Virus record (IMG/VR): IMGVR_UViG_3300011116_000448
Coordinates: 3,346 to 67,345 of that record
From: a virus
Strand: one strand, 5' to 3'
DNA length: 64,000 bases
Positions 9,585-18,400 of this stretch are shown piece after piece. The position numbers and the translations under genes are program-made. A model generated the notes under the pieces. The model was not told the origin of the DNA. It saw only the letters and a list, made by a program, of their open reading frames with translations, and searched no databases. Numbering within the stretch: the stretch's first letter is position 1; the number at the start of each line of letters is the position of its first letter.

Positions 9585-9840
9585 ACTGGATCTGGACTAT
9601 TACGACGATCCAGAGGCAGACAAGGAGCGAGAGCGGGCTATCCGTACAAACTCTTTACCTGTGCCTGTAGGAGGCTTCTGGAGGTACTCTATATCTGAGA
9701 TTAAACACGGGGAGGACAACAAAGACTTGGCCCTCCACAGCGTACTTCAAATCGAAGATAAAACCCTTAAAGGTCTACTGAAAGACTTGTTTAACAGACT
9801 GCCTAGGTACCTTGAAGAACAAGGTTTGCGAAAGGATTAA
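9556..9840 (+). CDS. hypothetical protein
   Basis: TTG start after GGGAG; fills the operon. Confidence 0.55.
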   Translation: MELKRHFTVKLDLDYYDDPEADKERERAIRTNSLPVPVGGFWRYSISEIKHGEDNKDLALHSVLQIEDKTLKGLLKDLFNRLPRYLEEQGLRKD

Positions 9841-9849
9841 TACGCTAAA

Positions 9850-10224
9850 ATGAACGAACTTCCTAAGTTTCCCGCTACTCGTGAAGATGCTTCTTTTAAC
9901 TGGAAAAGTTGGTTTGAAGAAACCCGTAAGCGTCTGGTGGAAGGACCTAAACCGTATGTCCCAACGCCTGTCGCTCCTTCCCTTGGTGATAAGAATGTAA
10001 GTCTCTTTTACGGGACTTTTGAAGACGACGAAGACATTGAGGAAATCAGCCTCAAGCATGAAGAATATCGGACGTACATGTATGGAAATGGTGTAGAATT
10101 GACCATCCACGAGCCCACTTGGCTCATTATTGACAAGACAGATGCCACTAAGCATATTGTCGAAAACGCCACCTCGGTGTACGAGATTACTCCGGGTTGG
10201 ATTGCAATCAAAAAGGGATACTAA
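9850..10224 (+). CDS. hypothetical protein
   Basis: 124-aa ATG ORF in the operon. Confidence 0.6.
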   Translation: MNELPKFPATREDASFNWKSWFEETRKRLVEGPKPYVPTPVAPSLGDKNVSLFYGTFEDDEDIEEISLKHEEYRTYMYGNGVELTIHEPTWLIIDKTDATKHIVENATSVYEITPGWIAIKKGY

Positions 10225-10232
10225 GCACTACA

Positions 10233-10484
10233 ATGGCCGCAAAGCGTAAAAGAGACTATGCCAAGGAGTACCGGGACTACCACGCCAAGCCTGAGCAGAT
10301 TAAGCGCAGGGCTGGACGTAACAAGGCCCGTGACATCATGGAAGATAAGGGTCTTGTTCACGAAGGTGACGGTAAGGATGTAGATCACAAGAACCGTAAC
10401 ACCCTTGATAACGATGAGGAAAACTTGCGTGTACAGTCACGACGACGAAACAGAGCAAGAAACTCTCACCGCAAAGGAAGTTAG
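10233..10484 (+). CDS. small HNH-type endonuclease
   Basis: RDYAKEY...KRRAGRNKAR...GDGKDVDH.......N...NLRV....NR: common phage HNH protein. Confidence 0.8.
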   Translation: MAAKRKRDYAKEYRDYHAKPEQIKRRAGRNKARDIMEDKGLVHEGDGKDVDHKNRNTLDNDEENLRVQSRRRNRARNSHRKGS

Positions 10485-10728
10485 GGAACTTTATGGGGCT
10501 CACCCTTTTGTCCTTCTGGTACTGAAGGGTGGGCCTAAACATAAAAACAAACGACTTCGAAAGCGGTATGAGCTTACCGTTATTCAAAAGCCTCCAAAGA
10601 AACCTCAAAAGAAAAAAGTCTCGCACGCACAAAAACTAGTGCAAAAAAGACGTAAGCAAAAGCTAGAGAACTACAAGAAAGTCTCCTATTTGCTGAAGAA
10701 GAAAAAAGAAAGCAAGAAAAGTGAGTAA
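10405..10728 (+). CDS. very lysine-rich hypothetical protein (possibly nucleic-acid binding)
   Basis: Open frame covering otherwise empty DNA with a stop overlapping the next GTG; start unclear. Confidence 0.35.
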   Translation: MITMRKTCVYSHDDETEQETLTAKEVRELYGAHPFVLLVLKGGPKHKNKRLRKRYELTVIQKPPKKPQKKKVSHAQKLVQKRRKQKLENYKKVSYLLKKKKESKKSE

Positions 10729-11008
10729 TACCTACTTTAAGTCAGTTTGCTCTGAAGGTTTCCTCATCCTGTACGGGGATATGAAGAAGCCTACAAAGGC
10801 CTACGTCATTGGTGTCGTGTATGATGCTAGTGACGCTGATGTCTTTGTAAAGGCTCTTATTACAACGGGCAAGACCATTGAAGAGCCAAGTGAAGAGGAG
10901 TTGCTTCGTGAAGAACCTGTTGAAGATCTTGTTGACGAACTTGAACGCGGTCTTTCGTTCAATAATGCCATCGGAGAAAGCTATGACTCAAGTGAATGGG
11001 CCCGATAA
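10721..11008 (+). CDS. acidic hypothetical protein
   Basis: GTG ORF packed between neighbours. Confidence 0.55.
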   Translation: MSNTYFKSVCSEGFLILYGDMKKPTKAYVIGVVYDASDADVFVKALITTGKTIEEPSEEELLREEPVEDLVDELERGLSFNNAIGESYDSSEWAR

Positions 11009-11639
11009 GCCCCCTTACGCCTATCTTTGTGATACTTCAAAAGAATTTGTAGAAGCCATCAAGCGGGTAGAGAACAACCTTAGTTCTGCCAAGAAGCGGG
11101 GCGAATACAAGCAGGTTAACGGCAACGGGGAGTGGAGGTGGTTCCCCGGTGCTTCCCCCGAAGGTGGGCTTCCTACGCTTGCGTGGGGTCACAAACTGAC
11201 CTCAAAGGAATGGGCTGACAAGAAGATCTGGTTTACCGAACCTACGTTGGGCACCAAGGTGTTTAAGGACTTCCGTTACGGACTAACTGACGCACAGGTC
11301 GAAGCTGTGCTTAAGGATGACCTGAAAGAAGCTGAAGACCTTGCCATGTCTGATTGGAACAAGTATCTTGGTTGGGAACAGAAAAAGCCCTTTGAAACCC
11401 TTCCAGACAAGTACAAGGGTGTCCTTATCAACCTTGTCTTTAACGCAGGTAGCCTTGCCAAGAAAGGTAAGTTTATCTGGACTACAGTGGCTCGCGGCAT
11501 CCTTCAGGGTGACGATACGGTGGTCACAAAGGGTATGGTGACCTCTTACAAGCGCCCTGATGGCAGGCGTGTGCAGTTGACCACACGAGCTATTGAGATT
11601 GCCAAAGGGCTTGGGTTGCCTTGGCAGGTGCTTAAGTAA
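10983..11639 (+). CDS. endolysin, phage lysozyme-like (GH24/T4-type fold)
   Basis: IKRVE (catalytic Glu candidate), SPEGG.PT.AWGHKL, L..DL..AE, L.NL.FN.G; GGAG SD before ATG 10983. Confidence 0.75.
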   Translation: MTQVNGPDKPPYAYLCDTSKEFVEAIKRVENNLSSAKKRGEYKQVNGNGEWRWFPGASPEGGLPTLAWGHKLTSKEWADKKIWFTEPTLGTKVFKDFRYGLTDAQVEAVLKDDLKEAEDLAMSDWNKYLGWEQKKPFETLPDKYKGVLINLVFNAGSLAKKGKFIWTTVARGILQGDDTVVTKGMVTSYKRPDGRRVQLTTRAIEIAKGLGLPWQVLK

Positions 11640-11736
11640 TCAGTGAGGACGGCCCCCATACGCTTTCGTGTGTATGGTCTCCGCCGTGACATCTCAAGAC
11701 CTAGGGGCCGCTCGTGGACTGATACACGCCTTAGGC

Positions 11737-11768
11737 CACCGGAGTTGATCGCCCGGTGCATTTCTTTT
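11737..11768 (+). terminator. putative intrinsic terminator at the convergence of the two arms
   Basis: CACCGG/CCGGTG stem followed by CATTTCTTTT. Confidence 0.45.
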
Positions 11769-11769
11769 G

Positions 11770-12414
11770 TTATTGGGTAAAGTGGATCACACCATTCCAC
11801 CCAATAATATCCCCGGCAAAGTTACGGGCAGGTGTGGCAATAGCGTGGACTTTAACTGGCTGATTGGTTGTCAAGTTGTGCAATCGGTAGTGCAAGTTAA
11901 AGTCCCGCTCTTGGTCTATTGCACGTTCCCACTCTCTAGTAACAATATCCCGGTCTTCTGGGTAGATAACATTCTCCCAATTGTTACCCACAAAGTCTGC
12001 CATAGAGCCTCCTACAGCCTTACGAAGGGCGTCATTGACCCAAGAATAGTTACCCTTCCTGTCGCAAGCCCAAACCCCTTGGTTGATTGTATCCAGCAGC
12101 AAAAGACGTTCAGCTTGACTGATACTGACAGCAGTCTCCAACCTGTTCAACTGGTCCTTGATTGAAGAACCCCCATTGGGTTTCAGTTCCTTGATAATCT
12201 CGTCAAGCTTACCCCCAAGTGTTGACTCCAAAGCGTTCAATCTTGTTGGGGACTTATAGATACTTGCAACAAGATCTATAACTGGCTTAACGGTACTGTT
12301 ATACATAGGAACTGCCACCTGATTGTAGAATGCAAATAGTATGGTTAAAAACGTAAGAATCGAACCCACAAAGACAATGTCAAAGTGTTCTTTTAAGTAG
12401 TTGAAGTAGTCCAT
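11770..12414 (-). CDS. membrane-anchored PAS-domain protein
   Basis: N-terminal TM (IVFVGSILTFLTILFAF), ELKPNGGSSIKD linker, PAS/PAC motifs (GVWACD..G....VN.A, G..WE.VI.PED, R......V.A.P.....G.I.GW.G). Confidence 0.8.
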   Translation of the reverse strand: MDYFNYLKEHFDIVFVGSILTFLTILFAFYNQVAVPMYNSTVKPVIDLVASIYKSPTRLNALESTLGGKLDEIIKELKPNGGSSIKDQLNRLETAVSISQAERLLLLDTINQGVWACDRKGNYSWVNDALRKAVGGSMADFVGNNWENVIYPEDRDIVTREWERAIDQERDFNLHYRLHNLTTNQPVKVHAIATPARNFAGDIIGWNGVIHFTQ

Positions 12415-12422
12415 TGGATCAG

Positions 12423-15400
12423 TTACTCTTTGTCCCGTGTCAAGATATTCTGGTAACGACGTTCTTGTTGTGTAGGCTTTTTGATCTTTCCCGGATTCTT
12501 TTTCTGCCACAGACGTTCCTGAACGCTTGAGCGGAAACCTCTCCAGAAGTTAGAATCAAGTCTGATGCCGTTAGCTTTAGCGTATTCACGCAAATCTTTG
12601 GTGACATCCGCCCGCATCTCTCGACCCTCTTGGTATTTTTCATTGTCATCTTGAGTTGACCCCAAATACATAAGGTACTCAGCCGTTGCTACGCGCTCGG
12701 CCAAACGGGACTTCCACCCAGTAAACTCTTGGTTGGCGCGCTGCTGCATGTACAGACGTTCACGTTCTTGTGTCTTCTCAAGGGGCGTAAAGCCCGTAAG
12801 CTGACCAAGTACGTCAAACGGCCTAGTTCCATCCTCATTAGTATCTTTGAGTATTTTACCAGACTTGGTTTTCCAGTAATTTTCAGGCTCAGTAACCATT
12901 TGAGCCGTCTTAGCCACGTCCTTGCCAACCGAAGGCATAAAGGGCTGGATCTTCTCCAAAGCTGACTTGCTTGACGATCCACTGAGTACGTCAGCCGCAC
13001 CGTTCATCATTTCTACAAGGGTACGTCCGGGAACACCCGTAATCTCACCAATCTTGATTTCATCCTTCAGAAGGCCCATAAGAAGGTTTTGCCCAATAAT
13101 GTCCTGTGAAAGACGAGAACTCATGTCCAAGCCAAAGGTTGTGGACAGAGCACCCCTGCGCAAGAACTCAGGCATACCAGCGGCTTCAAGCTGCATGTTC
13201 AGGTCTACCATACGCCCATTAACCTTTTCCTCGTATTCTTCGTACAAGGTCTTCCAAAGGTCGTAGGCAGGAATACCGTTAAGCCCTGAGAAGGCCACGT
13301 AGGCACCCATTGTATATAGGCCTGCTAGGACACCCGCTGCTCCCTTTTTGGCCGTCATTTGCTCAAATAGAAGCTCTAGCATCTGCTGTGGGTAGGTCAT
13401 GAAGGGGAATGCCAACGTACCGAACAGACCACGCTGCATGGGGCCACGCCCCGTCTTGCCAAACTCAGCGTGAACAAGACGCATGTGGTAAAGAGCCATT
13501 GCGTCTTCAACGTCCATTTTGGTTTTGTTGGTGTCCCAGAAATATTGCCAATCGTAGTCCGTAGCAAGGTCTTTAATGGCCTTACGGGTAATCTCAGGGG
13601 AGTCTTTAAACATATCCCTGAAGGCAATAAATGTCGACTTACGAGTAAAGTTTTCAGTGTTGCTAACAAAGAAGCCCGCGTTGTTCTTGATGAAGTTAAA
13701 GCCCTTTTCAGCCTGTTTAGCACCGGGACCAAGGTGGCTGATATAGTCAGTGTTGATTTCCTTGGCAATAGCGTCTTCAGTCATGGACTGCCGGAAGTAG
13801 CCCGGATGAGCGTTAAAGAACTCACTGTTCTTGTCCCCCGGCTGCATCTTTACCAACTTACTGATACCCTTGCTAAGGTAGGACATGGCACTCAAAGGAT
13901 TGCCTGTGTAACCTACAAGCACACCTGCGGCTTGTGTGGGTAGGGTTGCAATCTGCAACATAGCAGTAGATAGACGGTATCCCATGGTCCAGAAGAAGTT
14001 AAAGTTGCGCAAAGCTCCGTAGTCAGTGCTTGGGTTAAGCATGTAATCTACATAGTTGTTAGCGTACTTTTTCAGTTCAGGAGCAACCTTGTCACTTAAG
14101 ACAATGTCTTTTTGAGCCGCAGCAAGTTCCATCGCTGTGGCTTTACGAGCAATAGAGTTCTTAAAGGTGTTCTTGTACGCATCCATGACGTGATCCCAAT
14201 CACGAGAGTATCCTGAAATAACAGGTTCGTCTTGAGCACGCATAAGGTATTTGCCTTTACCCTGTGCAAGGACATACCGCATGATGTGGTTCTTGGTTGA
14301 ACCTGCATCTTCGGACCAAGCTTTCATAAAGCTTTGCGGATCTTTAACCCCAGTGGCAAGCATGTGTGCCAATTCAATGTTACGCTCAAGTCCCGTAGCG
14401 TTAAGGCTCTGGATAAGCTCCATCGACAGCATACCCTTTTGGATAAGCTTGGCGGCAGAGTTGTAGGTCAACTGACCGTGAGTAAGTTCAAAGTCCTTTG
14501 GGTCGTACTTCTTGCGAAGCCCAAGCTTGTCAATCTTTTGGTCAGCGTGCTTCTTTGACGGAAGCGCACTGGTCTTAAGTCCAAGAAGATTGTCAGTGTT
14601 GTCAAGAACTTCCATGTGGACAAGATTCCCTGTCTTTCGATCCTTGACCCAAACAACGTAGTCACCGAACCGCATGTGTGGAATGTAGGCTACATCTCTG
14701 GCAAGCAAAGCTTCACTGTGCTTTAGCTGATCGTGGAATTCCTGCAGCATGTCACGGTCCCTGACGTACTTGTTACGGAACTCAGGCAGCGGGTTGTTCT
14801 TGATAAGCTTTTCAATGTTGTCAATTGTATCCTGCAAATGAAGCAACGAAGAGTCCTTACCTACGTTGTACTCCTTGCGGAAGTGCTCTAAAAGCTCGCG
14901 AGTAACAGACATGTCTTCGCGAATACCGACCTTAAAGAAGTCAGACACACCCTTGACAATGTCAGAGTCTACCTTTGAAAGAACTACGTCGGCATCATTC
15001 TCATCCTTGAACACAATACGCCCTTGAGTATCTTCCTTGATACCTTGCTTGGTGTTTCGAAGATGGTCAATAATATCGCCTGCTCGAATAATTTTATCCA
15101 TGTCCTTGTTTGCAAGATCCTTGTAGACGTAGTCAAACTGCTTTGTGAACGCAAGGTCGATGTTTGCGGCAACGTCCTTTTGCTTAACAAAAATGTTATG
15201 GACACGCCCGATGATAGGATGCTTGCGGGCCATCTTGGCTACGGAGAACAGGAAAGACATAGCCCCACCAGCGGTACCAATGTTGTTGGCTTCACTACGC
15301 AAGAATGGATCGTTGGAATCTCGTCCAGATCTTGTCTGAGGGTCTTTGAAGTTAGGCGGAGGTGAGCTTGCACCAGCTTCAGTAGCAGCTTCCTTAATCT

Positions 15401-18400
15401 CCTCAACCTTTACTTCAGCCTGTTCCTGCTTAGGTCTGTTGACCTCATCAAGGACACGATCTGCAAATACGTTGGGGCGGCGAGCCTCTGGCGGAACTTC
15501 CCTTGAGTTCTGTTCAAAGACCTCAGGACTGTCGTTGTACTCAAGAATGTCATCAAGTTTTTTGTAGCCAATGTCAGCAAACTCTTTATTCAATTGCTTG
15601 AAAGACTTTTCAAAAGCACTGAAAATCTTCTTCTGTTTGATGTCCTTGAAGTCCTTGATGTTGACGTTTAAATCGCCCTTAAGGTACTTGGCAAAGGCCA
15701 TAGCCTCCAAGTCCTCTGTACGGAAAGTACCAAGGTCTTTGGGGTTTACACCTTCCTGTGCACCATACCATTCACTGAAGAATTGCCTATTCTTGTTCAA
15801 AGCATCAATGGTCTTATCCGGAAGGAACTGCCGCATGTTCTTGTACCAAGTTGCCAACGCCTCTTCGTTAAGGTTCTTTGGTTTGTTGATGTTGAAGGCT
15901 GTGTGCAGCGAGGTCAACATGGCGTTAAACGTAGCCTTGTCCATCTCCTTACCCGAAAGCATCTTGTCAAAGCTTTGGCGGAATAGCTTGGACAAGCTAG
16001 GATGAACCTTGTTAAATGCGTTCTCAATTGTGTTGAGGAGCTTCACGCGGTTCATTACCTGCTCAGAGAACTTCTTGGTAGCCCTCATGATACGCGGCTT
16101 TTCACTGACCTTGACGTTGGCAGACATCTCAGCAAACTTCTTGAACATTTCATTCAAGGCTGGCCCAAGGTCTGGATTACGCTTAAGGAAGTCTGCGTTA
16201 CGTTCCATGGCAAGTTTGTCAACTTCGTCGTGAAGCTGGTTTAGAATCTGTTCAGACACGTCACTAAGTTTAGCTCTTTGTGGTGCTCTAGGCGTGCCTT
16301 TAAATGCCTTGGGGTCGTACCTAAATTCACCGGGCTTGGGTGAAGTATCAATAGTGTCAGCAAGCGTATCAGAGATAATAGGCTTGTTACGCTCTTTCCA
16401 GTAGCGATTGGCAATTCGACGCAGTTCATCCGTTGTCGTGTGCTTGTCTTCCAACATTCGCTTAAACAACGGAGACCTAAGAAGAGCTTCAATAACCTGA
16501 CTCTTCTTCAACTTTGGTGTAGCATTAGGTCCCGGCATGGTTGCAGCCTTGGCAAGAGCCTCTGCTGTCTGTGCGGGTTTGTATTCAAGCAAACCACGAA
16601 TAGCCATAGGATCACTTCGCATACCCGCGTAAGGACCAAAAGCTTCACCGTCAACAGGAGGTTCTTCAATAAACTTCCCACCGCGCGAAGTTACCTTATC
16701 AGGAGCCTTGGGGTAAATATCTTTAACACCAGTACTCTCGTTACGGCGCTGGATACGTACGTTTTCTTCTTGAACCTCTTTAAGCTTCTGTTTGTACTCC
16801 TTCAAAGCCTTGCGGTAGTCTCGCATGTCGGCTTCGTACTTTTTTGTAGCTTCTTTTGCACCAGCCCATTTCATTTCAGTAGAGGTAGGTGCGATAGGTT
16901 TAACAGGCTCTACTGGAAGGTCTAAGAGTTTTTGCTTAGGCACAGGCCCAGTTCTAAATACCTCAGATGGCTTTGCTTCGCTTTTAAAGTACTTACCCTT
17001 TTCAGGGATAAGAAGCCCATCAATCAATCCTGAGTTATTGAGTTCACTGCCCCATTTTTGCCCCACAGAAATACGAACTGGTGCGTGCGTGTACCCAAGC
17101 TCTTTAAGCGCCTGAAGCCTGTGATTACCTTCTCCAAGCTTGGCAGTACGAGAATCTGCACCCACGTTAACGATAAGAGGATTGTTTAGACCATTCTCCT
17201 GAATGTCCTTTTTTAACGCCTCCATTTCCTCGCGTGTCATCCGAAGTTTGTTCCCTTTGATTTTCTCAAGAAACTCAATAGGCACGTCTTCAATATATCG
17301 CGCGTAATTGTCCATGTCACTACGCTTACGTGTATTACCATCAAGGTCCTTCCAATAAGAACTTCTTTTTGGAGAACGAGGAACTCTATCCTCTCCGTAG
17401 AACGGTTGATTAATCGGAGGATTGCCGGGGCGCTTACGAATAAGTCCGTACTTGCTGGGTTTGATTACATCGTGATTAAATACAATAAATTGATCGCTTG
17501 TAGGTAGATCACTGAAAGGCATACGACCTTCCACATGTTCTTCGTATGAAGCAAAACCCTCTCTAATATCCAAAGCGTCGATATTGAGTTTTTGTAGCTT
17601 TGCCTTCATTTCGGCCATGCGCGCTCTTTGATCTGCAGCAGTGACCTTAGTACCTGCTTCATCTACACTGTCAAAATCAACAGCAAAATCTCTCATCATC
17701 TGATCTACGGCATCTTGTTTACGTGGCTTTGTTGTAGGGAATACCTGATGATCCATAGCAGTGCCATCAGGATGTACCCAAAAATCAGGATTACCTTTTT
17801 CACCACCAAAACGCGTATCGTCAAACTTGCGCATTGGTTCAGACATTCGATCTGTATAGCCGAGCATTTTAGCCAAACGCTGGGCATCTTCAAAAGTTTT
17901 AATTGTGAAGATACGCGCTGAAGGTTTAAGAAATGCCTTAATCTTTTCGGGATACGCTACGGCACGACGTGCTTCTGCATCTTGATCAAACCAGAATGAA
18001 TTAGGATTCTTTGAGAAATACGAAGAAAAATCACCAAATTCACTATAGTAATAAGCGCGTTTACCTGTCTGCGGATTAAATTCACCTGACTCATCAATAG
18101 CCTTGGCAGAATCAGGCATAGTACCGTGGTAAAGAATAATGGGTGCTCCATCATCAAAATGCGAAATAACATCCTCAGGACGTGCACCTTTTGAAGCGGC
18201 ATATTGTTTCTTTTCAGCTTCACTGCGACGTTTGTTCATCAACGTCTCTGCCAGCTTCTTACGGGGATTCTCACTAAGCATCTGGTTGGCAGCTTTGATG
18301 TTCTTGTTGATGCGCTCTTGGGCATCTGGACGCTTGTAGATTGAGCCGTACTGCTGTACGTCTTCCATCACTTTCTTGTCTACAAAGTTTTCAAAGTCTT

